A stretch of DNA of 64,000 nucleotides, taken from positions 320,001 to 384,000 of the forward strand of contig CBDHDG010000006.1 in NCBI GenBank assembly GCA_965261595.1, in the 5' to 3' direction. Every line of letters starts with the position of its first letter. Position 1 is the stretch's first letter. A program made the translations under genes and the position numbers. The notes beneath the pieces were generated by a model. That model ran no database searches. It was given only the letters and a program-made list of their open reading frames with translations, and was not told the DNA's origin. Positions 43,366-54,088 of the stretch are shown piece by piece. This DNA comes from a bacterium (GTDB lineage Bacteria; UBA8248; JACPRG01; G963555815).

Positions 43366-44097
43366 ATGCATGAGGCCGTTCTGAGAGTTTTTCGAGGGGA
43401 TGCCCGGGGCGGAGAAGAAAAGGAATACCGCGTCCCGGTTGAAGAAGGCATGGTCGTCCTGGACGCCATCCTTTACATCCAGGGACACATCGAGCCGGAC
43501 TTGGCCGTCCGCTGGAACTGCAAGGCCGCCAAATGCGGATCGTGCAGCGCGGAGGTGAACGGCAAGCCGAGTCTGATGTGCAAAACCCGGATGGACGATC
43601 TCCCGGAGGAGGAGCCCATCACCGTCTATCCGATGAAGGCCTTCCCGATCATCAAAGACCTGGTAACGGACGTCTCGTGGAACTACGAGGTCAACAAGAA
43701 GATCGCCCCCTTCGCCCCGGACCCCGAGACCGATTGGAAGATGTACCAACCCGACGTGGACCGGGTCCAGGAGTTCAGAAAGTGCATCGAGTGCTTCCTC
43801 TGCCAGGACGTCTGCCACGTCCTGCGGACTCACGACCTAACGCCGCAGTTCTCCGGCCCCCGGCTCTTCGTGCGCATGGCCGGACTGGAGATGCACCCCC
43901 TGGACACGGCCTCCAGGCTGGAACACCTCAAGGACGAGGCGGGCATCGGGTTATGCAACATCACCAAGTGCTGCACCGAGGTCTGCCCGGAGGGGATCCA
44001 TATCACGGACAACGCCATCATCCCCCTCAAAGAGCGGGTGGTGGATGAGTATTACGACCCCATCCGGAAACTGTTCAAAAAGATCCTGGGAAGGTGA
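43366..44097 (+). CDS. sdhB: Succinate dehydrogenase/fumarate reductase Fe-S subunit
   Basis: CKAAKCGSC, CIECFLCQDVC and CNITKCCTEVCP motifs. Confidence 0.95.
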   Translation: MHEAVLRVFRGDARGGEEKEYRVPVEEGMVVLDAILYIQGHIEPDLAVRWNCKAAKCGSCSAEVNGKPSLMCKTRMDDLPEEEPITVYPMKAFPIIKDLVTDVSWNYEVNKKIAPFAPDPETDWKMYQPDVDRVQEFRKCIECFLCQDVCHVLRTHDLTPQFSGPRLFVRMAGLEMHPLDTASRLEHLKDEAGIGLCNITKCCTEVCPEGIHITDNAIIPLKERVVDEYYDPIRKLFKKILGR

Positions 44098-44128
44098 CGG
44101 CGGGTGGGAAGGGGTCCGATCCGCGTGT

Positions 44129-44222
44129 GTAGTATCTGAAAATTAGTCGACACTTCATGAAATGCGGAGAAGATCGCTACGAGCGCCGGAGAAATTGAAG
44201 GCGGGCAGGATGCCCGCCCTAC
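44129..44222. repeat. Second copy of the GTAG...CTAC element
   Basis: gtagtatct...gacacttca...ggcgggcaggatgcccgccctac. Confidence 0.65.
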
Positions 44223-44356
44223 CGGTTTGAAATGCCGGCTTCCCGCCAATCGTCGGGCCGGGCGCCCTGCCCGGCCGGAGCCGCCGATGTGAGAGCATTG
44301 CGAACTCCTCTAACCTGAACGGGCTGAACACGACGGGTTCGTTCCGGGGCCATCGC

Positions 44357-45517
44357 ATGAAGATCCATGAATATCAAGGCAAAGAGATCCTCAAATCTTT
44401 CGGCATTCCCGTGCCCGAGGGCGGGGTGGCCGAAGCGCCCGCCGAAGCCAAAGCGATTGCCGAGCGCCTGAAAGGACGCGTCGTCGTCAAGGCGCAAATC
44501 CACGCGGGCGGACGCGGCAAGGGGGGCGGCGTCAAGCTGGCCGACACCCCGGCGGACGCGGAAGAGGCCGCGCGGAAAATCCTCGGCATGCGGCTCGTCA
44601 CCCCCCAAACCGGCGCGGAGGGGCAAAAGGTCAAAAAGGTCCTGGTGGAGGAAGCCTCGTCCATCGCCAAGGAGCTCTACGTGAGCGTGGTGATCGACCG
44701 GGCGCGGTCGGCCCCGGTCGTCATGGCCAGCGAGGCCGGCGGAATGGACATCGAAGAAGTGGCCCGGGAGACGCCGGAGAAGATTCTCACCGAAACCGCG
44801 GACCCGGCCTTCGGGCTTCAGGCTTTTCAGGCCCGCCGGCTGGCGCTCGGTCTGGGCCTGCCCAAAGAAACCCTGGGCGCGGCGTCGGAGTTTTTCCGGA
44901 ACCTGTATCGCATCTTCCAGGACAAGGACTGCTCCCTGGCGGAGATCAATCCGCTCGCCCTGATGGAAGACGGCAGGCTGCTGGCCCTGGACGCGAAGCT
45001 CAACTTCGACGACAACGCCCTGTACCGCCATGCCGATGTGGCCGGACTCCGGGACACGGACGAGGAGGCGCCCCTGGAGGTCGAGGCCTCCAAGCACGAC
45101 CTGAATTACATCAAGCTGGACGGCGAGGTGGGCTGCATGGTCAACGGGGCGGGCCTCGCCATGGCCACGATGGATATCGTCAAGATGGCCGGGTCTTCGC
45201 CCGCGAACTTCCTGGACGTGGGCGGCGGCGCCAGCCGGGAAATGGTCGAAAACGCCTTCCGCATCCTGATGGACGACGAGGCGGTCCGGGCGGTGTTCAT
45301 CAACATCTTCGGCGGCATCATGCGGTGCGACGTGCTGGCCCAGGGCGTGGTGGACGCGGTGCGAAAGCTCGAGGTGAAAGTCCCGGTCATCATCCGGATG
45401 GAAGGGACGAACGTGGAGGAAGGACGAAAGATCCTGGCGGATTCGGGCCTGAACTTCACGGTGGGCGCCGATATGCGGGACGCGGCACAGAAGGTTGTAG
45501 AAGCGCTGAAAAGGTAA
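44357..45517 (+). CDS. sucC: Succinyl-CoA synthetase beta subunit
   Basis: MKIHEYQGK, GGRGKGGGV and NGAGLAMATMD motifs. Confidence 0.97.
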   Translation: MKIHEYQGKEILKSFGIPVPEGGVAEAPAEAKAIAERLKGRVVVKAQIHAGGRGKGGGVKLADTPADAEEAARKILGMRLVTPQTGAEGQKVKKVLVEEASSIAKELYVSVVIDRARSAPVVMASEAGGMDIEEVARETPEKILTETADPAFGLQAFQARRLALGLGLPKETLGAASEFFRNLYRIFQDKDCSLAEINPLALMEDGRLLALDAKLNFDDNALYRHADVAGLRDTDEEAPLEVEASKHDLNYIKLDGEVGCMVNGAGLAMATMDIVKMAGSSPANFLDVGGGASREMVENAFRILMDDEAVRAVFINIFGGIMRCDVLAQGVVDAVRKLEVKVPVIIRMEGTNVEEGRKILADSGLNFTVGADMRDAAQKVVEALKR

Positions 45518-45710
45518 AGGTCCCAGGGGGGGCGCTTGAGTGCCGGCCAAGCTGCGGATGAAGGTGCTTGTGTTTATCACTGGCGTGGTCGGCGCACATC
45601 ATCTGTGAGTTGTTCAACCAGACACGCCAGTGGCGAATTCTAACGCCGCGTGTCTCGCCCCCCGCAACTTTCCTTTTGCGCTCGGTGCTTGAGAACAGGA
45701 GAGTCATTGG

Positions 45711-46604
45711 ATGAGTGTTCTCGTTGGCCGTGAGACGCGGATTGTCGTTCAGGGGATGGGCCGGCACGGCCGGTTTCACGCGGCCCGCTGTCTGGAGTAC
45801 GGGATAGAGAACGGGATCGAAGCCCAGGTCGTCGCGGGCGTCACGCCCGGCAAGGGGGGCGAGGAGGCCAAATCCATCCCGATCTTCGACACCGTCGCGG
45901 ACGCCTTGGCGGAGACCGGGGCGAACGCCTCGCTGGTCTTCGTCCCGCCCGCCGGCGCCGCGGACGCCATCATGGAATCCGCCGATGCCGGGTTGCCCCT
46001 GTGCGTGTGCGTCACCGAGGGCATACCCGCCCTGGACATGCTTCGGGTGCGGGATTTCCTCAAAGACCGGAAGACGCGGCTCGTAGGCCCCAACTGTCCG
46101 GGCGTCATCTCTCCCGGCGGCTGCAAGATGGGGATCATGCCGGGGCACATTCACAAATCCGGAAAGGTGGGCGTCGTCTCGCGCAGCGGGACCCTCTCCT
46201 ACGAGGCGGTGGGGCAGTTGACCGCCCTGGACATCGGGCAATCGACGTGCATCGGAATCGGCGGGGACCCCATCATCGGGACGACGTTCGTGGACGCCCT
46301 GACCCTGTTCCAGAATGATCCGGAGACCGAGGCCGTTATCCTGATTGGAGAGATCGGCGGGAGCGCCGAGGAGGAGGCGGCGGCGTTCATTCGCTCCGGC
46401 GAGTTCAACAAACCGGCCGTCGGATTCATCGCCGGCCGGACGGCGCCGCCGGGCCGGCGGATGGGCCACGCGGGGGCCATCATCTCCGGGGGCAAGGGGA
46501 CGGCCGCCGATAAGATGGCCGCCCTCGAGGCGGCGAACGTATCGGTTTGCGAGAGCCCGGCCGATATGGGAAGCCGCATGGCGGAGGTGCTGAATCGACG
46601 CTGA
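45711..46604 (+). CDS. sucD: Succinyl-CoA synthetase alpha subunit
   Basis: GPNCPG, SRSGTL and MGHAGA motifs. Confidence 0.97.
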   Translation: MSVLVGRETRIVVQGMGRHGRFHAARCLEYGIENGIEAQVVAGVTPGKGGEEAKSIPIFDTVADALAETGANASLVFVPPAGAADAIMESADAGLPLCVCVTEGIPALDMLRVRDFLKDRKTRLVGPNCPGVISPGGCKMGIMPGHIHKSGKVGVVSRSGTLSYEAVGQLTALDIGQSTCIGIGGDPIIGTTFVDALTLFQNDPETEAVILIGEIGGSAEEEAAAFIRSGEFNKPAVGFIAGRTAPPGRRMGHAGAIISGGKGTAADKMAALEAANVSVCESPADMGSRMAEVLNRR

Positions 46605-46890
46605 CGGGTTGAATCCTCCGTTCGCGCGCGTATATTGAACTGGACAAAAAGGTTCCGCGCTGATTGCGCGCTTCAGGGAAACCGCGCGTGCGCCGATAAG
46701 CCTTTAAGAGAAAACGGCCGGGAGCCGTTTGTCGATGTCGGGGTTTGAACGTTTTCCAGGCATGTGGTACCGTGAAGATTCACCTGCCAAAACCCGAGCG
46801 GAGGAGGCTCGCGCCTCATCGCGGAGGTCGGCGCCGGGAAGGGGACGGTTTCTCTTTCTTCTGTCGAATGCTACGGGGGAAGTTTAGGAG

Positions 46891-48771
46891 ATGAGCAATA
46901 CAGTCGAAACAGACCACGGAGGGAACGGGGGCGCCGCGCCCCAGAAGGGCGTAGAGACGCTGGAGATGGTGGCCATCCGTTTCGCCGGAGACTCGGGAGA
47001 CGGAATGCAGCTTGCCGGAACGCGGTTCACGAACGCGACGGCGCTCGCCGGCAACGACCTCAGCACCCTGCCGGACTTTCCGGCGGAGATCCGGGCGCCC
47101 GCGGGCACGCTGGAGGGGGTGAGCGGATTTCAGATCAATTTCAGCAGCCACGACATCCACACCCCCGGAGACAGCCCCGATGTCCTGGTGGCCATGAATC
47201 CGGCGGCTCTGCGGGCCAACCTGGGCGACCTCAAGCGCGGGGGCATGCTCATCCTCAACACCTCCGCGTTCAACGCCAAGGCCTACGCCAAGGCGGACTA
47301 CGCGTCCGATCCCCTGACCGACGGCTCCCTGGACGGATACCGCGTCTTCGAGGTCGACATCACCAAAATGACCCAGGCCGCGCTGAAGGACATGGGACTC
47401 CAACCCAGCGTCATGGACCGCAGCAAGAATCTTTTCGCCCTCGGCATGATGTTCTGGATGTATCAGCGCCCCATGAACAACACCATCGAGTGGATCAAAG
47501 AGAAATTCAAGAACCGGGAGGAAATCGTCGAGGCCAACCTCCGGGCGCTGCACGCCGGATTCCATTTCGGCGAAAACACGGAAATCTTCCAGACCTCCTA
47601 TCTCGTCAAGGAAGCCCACCTTCCGCCCGGAACGTACCGCAACATCACAGGCAACGAATCGGTGGCCAAGGGGTTCATCGCCGCGGCGAGGCTGGCGGGG
47701 CTCCGCTTGGTGTACGGAAGCTACCCCATCACCCCCGCCAGCGACGTGCTTCACGAGCTCTCCCGTTACAAGAATTATAACGTCATCACCATCCAGGCCG
47801 AGGACGAGATCGCGGCCGTTTCCGCCGCCATCGGCGCCTCGTTCTCGGGCGCGCTGGGCGTGACGGGCACCAGCGGCCCGGGCCTGGCTCTCAAGTCCGA
47901 GGCCATGAACCTGGCGGTCATGACCGAGCTCCCCTTGGTCGTCCTGGACGTCCAGCGCGGCGGCCCCAGCACGGGGCTTCCCACCAAGACCGAACAGGCC
48001 GACCTCCTCCAGGCCCTTTACGGGCGGAACAGCGATTCACCCATCCCCGTCGTGGCCGCTACCACCCCGGGCGATTGCTTCTTCGCGGCGATTGAGGCCT
48101 CCCGGATCGCCCTCAAGTACATGACGCCGGTGGTCCTGCTCACCGACGGCTATCTGGCCAACGGGTCCGAGCCCTGGAGCATCCCCCCGGTGGAGAGCCT
48201 GCCGAAGCTGGATATCGAATTCCGCACCGATCCTGAAGGATTCCTGCCCTATCTCCGGGACCCGGAAACCCTGGCGCGGCCCTGGGCGATACCCGGAACG
48301 CCGGGACTGGAGCACCGGATCGGAGGAATCGAGAAGGAGGACGGAACGGGCGCCCTCAGCTACGACCCGGTCAACCACGAGAAAATGGTCCGGATCCGCG
48401 CGGCGAAAATCGCGGGCATCGCCAAAGACATTCCCCCGGCGGAAGTCGTGGGCGAGGAAACGGGCAAGCTGCTCGTCATCGGTTGGGGGAGCACATACGG
48501 AGCCATCACCACGGCCATCAGCGTCCTCCAGGCGCGGGGGGCCCCGGTGTCCTACGTTCACTTGCGGCATCTCAACCCGTTCCCGGAAAATCTCGGCAAG
48601 GTCATCTCGAGCTTCGACCGGGTGCTCATCCCCGAGATGAACATGGGGCAGCTCTTGTTGATCGTCCGGGCCGAGTTCCTTGTGGACGCCGTCGGTTTCA
48701 ACAAGATCCAGGGGCAACCCTTCAAGATATCCGAGCTCGTGGACAAGATTGAGGAGGTGCTTGCGTCATGA
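46891..48771 (+). CDS. korA: 2-oxoacid:ferredoxin oxidoreductase alpha subunit (likely 2-oxoglutarate)
   Basis: AGDSGDGMQ, YPITP, EDEIAA and QRGGPSTG motifs. Confidence 0.9.
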   Translation: MSNTVETDHGGNGGAAPQKGVETLEMVAIRFAGDSGDGMQLAGTRFTNATALAGNDLSTLPDFPAEIRAPAGTLEGVSGFQINFSSHDIHTPGDSPDVLVAMNPAALRANLGDLKRGGMLILNTSAFNAKAYAKADYASDPLTDGSLDGYRVFEVDITKMTQAALKDMGLQPSVMDRSKNLFALGMMFWMYQRPMNNTIEWIKEKFKNREEIVEANLRALHAGFHFGENTEIFQTSYLVKEAHLPPGTYRNITGNESVAKGFIAAARLAGLRLVYGSYPITPASDVLHELSRYKNYNVITIQAEDEIAAVSAAIGASFSGALGVTGTSGPGLALKSEAMNLAVMTELPLVVLDVQRGGPSTGLPTKTEQADLLQALYGRNSDSPIPVVAATTPGDCFFAAIEASRIALKYMTPVVLLTDGYLANGSEPWSIPPVESLPKLDIEFRTDPEGFLPYLRDPETLARPWAIPGTPGLEHRIGGIEKEDGTGALSYDPVNHEKMVRIRAAKIAGIAKDIPPAEVVGEETGKLLVIGWGSTYGAITTAISVLQARGAPVSYVHLRHLNPFPENLGKVISSFDRVLIPEMNMGQLLLIVRAEFLVDAVGFNKIQGQPFKISELVDKIEEVLAS

Positions 48772-49784
48772 GCACGGAAACGGAAAAACTCACCAAAAAG
48801 GATTTCACCTCGGACCAGGTCGTCAGGTGGTGTCCGGGTTGCGGCGACTACGCCATCCTGGCGCAAGTGCAGGCCATTTTCCCGGACTTCGGGATTCCCC
48901 GGGAGAAGGTCGCTTTCGTCTCGGGAATCGGCTGCGCGGCCCGGTTCCCCTACTACATGAACACCTACGGGTTCCACTCCATCCACGGCCGGGCGCCGGC
49001 CTTCGCCACGGGCCTCAAAACGGCCAACCCGGACCTCTCCGTCTGGGTGGTGAGCGGGGACGGGGACGCCCTGTCCATCGGGGGCAATCACCTTCTCCAC
49101 ATTCTTCGCCGCAACGTCGATGTGAAGATCCTCCTGTTCAACAACCGGATATACGGCCTGACCAAGGGGCAGTACTCTCCCACCTCGGAGCTCGGCAAGA
49201 AAACCAAGTCCACGCCGATGGGCTCGGTGGACACGCCGCTCAACCCCGTCTCCGTCGCGCTCGGCGCGGAGGCCACGTTCGTCGCCCGGACGGTGGACCG
49301 GGACGTGAAGCACATGAGAGAGGTCATCCGACAGGCCGCCGCCCACAAGGGAACGGCCTTCGTCGAGATCCTCCAGAACTGCCCCGTCTTCAACGATGGC
49401 GTCTTTTTCAACCTGACCGAGAAGGCCACCAAAGAGACCGACGGCATCCGCCTCGACATCGGACAGCCGGCCGTCTACGGGCCGAAAGACAACCTGATGG
49501 GCCTCCGGTTGAACGGGCTGAAACTCGAGTCCGTCCCGGTCAACGGAGACACCGACGGATTGCTCGTGCACGATCCGCACGCCGCCGACCCCACCCTGGC
49601 GTTTATGATCGGCCAGATGCACAACCACGGCCTCCCGGTCGCCCTGGGCGTCCTCCGCGCCGTGGAAAGACCCTGCTACGACACCCTCGTGAACGACCAG
49701 GTCCAGCAAGCCATTCAGTCCAAGGGGGAAGGCGACCTCGAAGCGCTCCTGAACGACGGAGATTCCTGGACGGTGTCCCCGTAG
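48768..49784 (+). CDS. korB: 2-oxoacid:ferredoxin oxidoreductase beta subunit
   Basis: WCPGCGD, GIGC and GDGD..N..YGLTKGQ motifs. Confidence 0.9.
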   Translation: MSTETEKLTKKDFTSDQVVRWCPGCGDYAILAQVQAIFPDFGIPREKVAFVSGIGCAARFPYYMNTYGFHSIHGRAPAFATGLKTANPDLSVWVVSGDGDALSIGGNHLLHILRRNVDVKILLFNNRIYGLTKGQYSPTSELGKKTKSTPMGSVDTPLNPVSVALGAEATFVARTVDRDVKHMREVIRQAAAHKGTAFVEILQNCPVFNDGVFFNLTEKATKETDGIRLDIGQPAVYGPKDNLMGLRLNGLKLESVPVNGDTDGLLVHDPHAADPTLAFMIGQMHNHGLPVALGVLRAVERPCYDTLVNDQVQQAIQSKGEGDLEALLNDGDSWTVSP

Positions 49785-49893
49785 TCTCCGCGTCCCGAAG
49801 GTCCGTTCGAACCCCGCCGCAAGGGAAATCCGCACCGGGTTTCCCTTGTGTTTTTCCCGATGCCTGGAAGCGATTTGCAGGGAGCCGAGTTTC

Positions 49894-50307
49894 ATGGAAA
49901 ACACGTTCGCCATCATCAAGCCCGACGCCGTGGGCCGCAAGCTGACCGGCCGGATCCTCGACCGGATCGAAGCGGCCGGCTTCCGGATTCGCGCCCTGCG
50001 CCTCCTGCGCCTGACCCGGGCCGAGGCCGAGGGGTTTTACGCCGTCCACCGGGAACGGCCCTTTTTCGCCGGCCTGACCGAGTTCATGTCTTCCGGGCCC
50101 TGCGCGGCGATGGTCCTGGAGAAGGAGGACGCCATCGCGGCCTGGCGCCGTCTCATGGGGGCCACGAACCCGGAGGAGGCCGAGGAGGGCACCCTTCGAA
50201 AGGAATTCGCCGAGAACATCGAGCGCAACTGCGTCCACGGAAGCGATGCCCCCGAGACAGCGGCGTTCGAAACCGCGTACTTCTTCAGGGCCCTGGACAA
50301 GGTGTAA
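49894..50307 (+). CDS. ndk: Nucleoside diphosphate kinase
   Basis: IIKPDA, MGATNP and NCVHGSD motifs. Confidence 0.97.
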   Translation: MENTFAIIKPDAVGRKLTGRILDRIEAAGFRIRALRLLRLTRAEAEGFYAVHRERPFFAGLTEFMSSGPCAAMVLEKEDAIAAWRRLMGATNPEEAEEGTLRKEFAENIERNCVHGSDAPETAAFETAYFFRALDKV

Positions 50308-50656
50308 GGGAAGCCCTGGGGGGAGGGGGGGGGAAGAGTCCGTCCTCAAGCTCCGGGGCGGATGGACCGCCTCGTCGAACCGCCCAAGCGTAAATCGACT
50401 TCCGCGCCCGCCCGGGAGTCTCCATGACTGAAAGTGGATTGGAACGCCGCACAGGGGTTCCACCGGGCGAAATCCAACGGCCGGAATGACTTCCTTCCCG
50501 CCCGCCTTGAATCTCAAAACCCTTTGATTTAGAGTGTCCTCGCAGGCATGAGCGCGGGTCGGCCGGAAGCGGACCGGGCCCGACCGCACGGAGAACGGGC
50601 GGCTCGCCGGGTCCTCCCGGCGATTTCTCATTTCAACCTTTTATCGGGTTTAGCGA

Positions 50657-51340
50657 ATGCGCGCGGTCATTCTGGCGGGCGGGCTGGGAACGAGGCTCCG
50701 GCCTCTCACGTTCTCGATCCCCAAGCCCATCCTCCCCGTGGGGGAAAAGCCGATCCTCGAGATCATCCTCGACCGGCTCAAGGGATTCGGCTTCCATGAA
50801 TTCATCCTCTCCGTCGGATACCGGGCCGAGCTCATCGAAACCTACTTCGGCGACGGCGCGCACTTCGACACGAAAATCCATTACCTGAAAGAAGAAAAGC
50901 CCACGGGCACGGCCGGCGCTCTCCACTTGCTCCACCAGGGCTTCGACATCGCCCGGGACGAGACTTTCCTCCTCATGAACGGCGACGTCCTGACCGAGCT
51001 CGACTTCCACCGCTTCATCGACGCCCACAAGTCCGAAAGGTTCGAGCTCAGCGTGGGCGTCAAGGAGATCGAGCGCCAGCTCCCTTACGGCGTCCTCGAG
51101 GTCGAAGGCCGCCTCGTCCGGCGGATCGTTGAAAAACCCGTCTCGCGGTACCTCATCTCGGCCGGCATCTACCTGCTTCAGGGAAGCGTCCTCCCCCTGG
51201 TCCCGGCCGACACCTACTTCACCCTGCCGGACCTCGTGGAACGCCTGGTGGGGGAGAACCGGCGCGTCGGGAGCCATCTCATCCGGGAATTCTGGCTGGC
51301 CGTGGAGCACCCGGATGACATGGAAGAGGCCCGGTCCTGA
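50657..51340 (+). CDS. Sugar-phosphate nucleotidyltransferase
   Basis: ILAGGLGTRLRPLT..PKP, GTAGAL, NGD and EKP motifs. Confidence 0.9.
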   Translation: MRAVILAGGLGTRLRPLTFSIPKPILPVGEKPILEIILDRLKGFGFHEFILSVGYRAELIETYFGDGAHFDTKIHYLKEEKPTGTAGALHLLHQGFDIARDETFLLMNGDVLTELDFHRFIDAHKSERFELSVGVKEIERQLPYGVLEVEGRLVRRIVEKPVSRYLISAGIYLLQGSVLPLVPADTYFTLPDLVERLVGENRRVGSHLIREFWLAVEHPDDMEEARS

Positions 51341-51357
51341 ATCGAGGCGGGCTCGGG

Positions 51358-52056
51358 ATGAGTCTCTCGCTGCGAAAACTTTCCATCATCATTCCCGTTT
51401 ACAACGAGCGAGACACCATCGAGGAGGTCATCCGCCGGGTCCTGGCCGTGGACATCGGCCTTGAGCGCGAGATCATCATCCTGGACGGCGACTCCACCGA
51501 CGGGACCCGGGAGTTCCTGGAGACCCTCCGGGAGGAACAGGTTCGGGTGATCTTCGAAAAGGATCGGGGCGGCAAAGGCGCGGCCGTCCGGCGCGGCTTC
51601 GGCGAGGCCACGGGCGACATCGTCATCATCCAGGACGCCGACCTGGAATTGGATCCGTCCGAATATCCGGACCTTCTGGCCCCCATCCTCCGGGGCGACG
51701 CGAAAGCCGTTTACGGGAGCCGGTTCACCAACGGAAGGGGCGCGACGTCCCTCGGAAGCTACATCGGCAATCTGACCATCACCTGGGCGACCAACCTCCT
51801 CTTCTTCGCCCGGCTCACCGACATCGCGACCGGCTACAAGGTCATCCGCAGGGATGTCCTCGACACCCTGAGCCTTTCGTGCAACGGCTTCGATTTCGAC
51901 GCCGAAATCACCAACAAGCTCCTCAAGGCGGGCGTCCGCATTCACGAGGTCCCCGTCTCCTATGCGCCCCGCGACCACCAGGCCGGAAAGAAGCTTCACT
52001 GGTCCGAAGGTTTGCGGGTTCTGCTGGCGATCCTGAGAAACCGCTTCACCGACTGA
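51358..52056 (+). CDS. GT2, polyprenol-phosphate glycosyltransferase (DPM-like)
   Basis: IPVYNE, DGDSTDGT, GKGAA, QDADLE, YGSRF and TDIATGYK motifs. Confidence 0.88.
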   Translation: MSLSLRKLSIIIPVYNERDTIEEVIRRVLAVDIGLEREIIILDGDSTDGTREFLETLREEQVRVIFEKDRGGKGAAVRRGFGEATGDIVIIQDADLELDPSEYPDLLAPILRGDAKAVYGSRFTNGRGATSLGSYIGNLTITWATNLLFFARLTDIATGYKVIRRDVLDTLSLSCNGFDFDAEITNKLLKAGVRIHEVPVSYAPRDHQAGKKLHWSEGLRVLLAILRNRFTD

Positions 52057-52064
52057 CCGACGCC

Positions 52065-54083
52065 ATGCCCCCCCCCCCCCCTCCTCCCCCCCGGGACAGC
52101 CGATCAGCGCGACTCCGGACGCGGATCTTCACCTCCGTCCTCCGATTCAACGACCGGGTGGATGAATGGATCCGCCGGAACCCGGCCGCGCGCCTCCTGG
52201 GACCCGCCGGACCGTTGCGGCGATGGAGGGAAGGAGAAAGGCGCGGCCCCCGCCCATCGGGGCCGGCGGCCGACAGTGACGGCTGGATCGACGGCAGTCT
52301 CTTCATTACAGCGATCCGGAGGTTTTTGGCGGCGCTGGGCGGTCGAATCGCCGCCCAGGCGCGGGAAGGGATCTTCGGGCGCTGGCGGGACGCCGTGGCC
52401 CGCTCCCGGACGACCGCCCCGCAGCGAACCGCCGCGGCCGTTCTCTTATCGACCATCGGCGCGAACGCGGTTTTCCTTCTTGCCTCCCAAACGCTCCTGG
52501 GAGCGGAAGGCCTGGCGATTCGGGCGCTCCTGCTCACCGGTGCGGGAGCGGCGACGGTCCTGGAAGAGGGCGGGTTCGCCCGCTGGTGGCGGGCTTGGCG
52601 GCCGGTCCAATGGCTCCGGAATTCGGGAAGGAAGAAGGAGGCAACCCCCGGAACCGCCGCTCCGGCCGCTCCGGAGGGGTCTCCCGGCTTCCTCCCCGCG
52701 ATGGCGGCGGGGGTGGTTGCGGGGTTTTTCTGGTGGCTTTCGCCCGGCGCCGCATTTCTGGGACTGGCCGCGGCGGGGTTGGCGGCGGGCCTGAAGCGAT
52801 TCTGCGCCCCGGAGGATTGGGAATTTTTGCGGGGTCTTTTCATCGCTTCCCTGGCCCTTCGCCTGGCCCTCCTGGCCGTTGCGTACGCGTGGGCGATCAC
52901 GCACGTGTGGACCTACTCGAATTCGAATGTCCTGGACTTTCACTTCAGGACCCCGATGGTGTTCGGCGACGGGGGATACTTCACGGCGCGCGCCTGGGCG
53001 CTCAGCCAGATCTGGAGGGGCGCTGAGGTCTGGCCGCGGGCCCTGTATGAAATTCGCCAAACTTACGGGGCCACGTCATTTCTTTACGTCCCCACGGTCT
53101 TCTTCTATCTTTTCGGCCCCGAGGGATTGATCGCGGTCCGGCTCATCAATCCCTTCTTCGGCGCATGCCTCCCTTTGATGGTGTACGGGTTTACCCGCGA
53201 CCTGTTCGGCCGGCCGGCCGGCCGGATCGCCTCGATCACGGTCGCTCTCTTCCCTTCGCTGATCCTCTGGAGCCTGGACCTGCTCAAGGACACCACGTTC
53301 ATCGTGATGACCCTGGCGACCGTCTGGGGGCTGGTTCGATTCCAACGGCGAGAGAGATTCGGCGCCTGGCTTACCGCCGCCGTCATGGCGGCGCTTGCCT
53401 TCACCGTGCGCAATAACCTGGGCATTCTTCTCCTCATCTTGGTCGGACTCGGCTGGATACCCGCCATGTGGCGGCGGTGCGTGGGGCGGAGCCCGGCTCG
53501 GGCGCTGCTCGCCCTTTTGCTTCTGGCGGCGGTTTTCCTCTCCCCCCCCGTGCGCGGTGTGATGGGGGTTCGGCTCTACTGGCTCTTTTCCATCCAGCGG
53601 GGAGCGGCCGAAACGGCCGGAAGGTCCACCTATCCGCTGTGGAGCCGAAGACTCTACCGGCACATGACGCCCGAGACCTTCCTGAAGGATGTCAAACCCT
53701 TGGAAGTCCTCCGCGCGTTCGGACTCGGGCAACGCCATTTCTGGCTCGAACCCACCCCCTGGGGGCCGCGCTCCCGGGGAGAGCGGCTGGCCATCCCCCA
53801 GATGATGCTTTGGTACGTGATCCTCCTGGCGAGCCTCGCCGGGATATGGCGTCTGCGGCGAAACCCCTCGGAGCTCTTCGTCCTGCTTGTGTTCCTCGGG
53901 GCGACGAGCGCAAGCATCGGGATGACGGGAGGGAACGTCGGGACGATTTTCCGCCACCGGGATGTCCTGACGCCGGTCCTGATTGCCGCGGCCGGCGGAG
54001 GACTGGCCGGCTGGCTCCGCCGGACGCGGGACCCGGCCCATCAGGGCGGCCGGGCCGATCGCGGGTCGGCGGGCGAGGCCTGA
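52065..54083 (+). CDS. Multi-pass membrane protein, GT-C-like
   Basis: GDGGYF, VRLIN, PSLILWSLDLLKD and NVGTIFRHR motifs; many TM segments. Confidence 0.7.
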   Translation: MPPPPPPPPRDSRSARLRTRIFTSVLRFNDRVDEWIRRNPAARLLGPAGPLRRWREGERRGPRPSGPAADSDGWIDGSLFITAIRRFLAALGGRIAAQAREGIFGRWRDAVARSRTTAPQRTAAAVLLSTIGANAVFLLASQTLLGAEGLAIRALLLTGAGAATVLEEGGFARWWRAWRPVQWLRNSGRKKEATPGTAAPAAPEGSPGFLPAMAAGVVAGFFWWLSPGAAFLGLAAAGLAAGLKRFCAPEDWEFLRGLFIASLALRLALLAVAYAWAITHVWTYSNSNVLDFHFRTPMVFGDGGYFTARAWALSQIWRGAEVWPRALYEIRQTYGATSFLYVPTVFFYLFGPEGLIAVRLINPFFGACLPLMVYGFTRDLFGRPAGRIASITVALFPSLILWSLDLLKDTTFIVMTLATVWGLVRFQRRERFGAWLTAAVMAALAFTVRNNLGILLLILVGLGWIPAMWRRCVGRSPARALLALLLLAAVFLSPPVRGVMGVRLYWLFSIQRGAAETAGRSTYPLWSRRLYRHMTPETFLKDVKPLEVLRAFGLGQRHFWLEPTPWGPRSRGERLAIPQMMLWYVILLASLAGIWRLRRNPSELFVLLVFLGATSASIGMTGGNVGTIFRHRDVLTPVLIAAAGGGLAGWLRRTRDPAHQGGRADRGSAGEA

Positions 54084-54088
54084 GACCC

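Noticed and set aside
46891..49784. Claim of autotrophic reverse TCA
   Set aside because: No citrate-cleaving enzyme visible; korAB alone is not diagnostic
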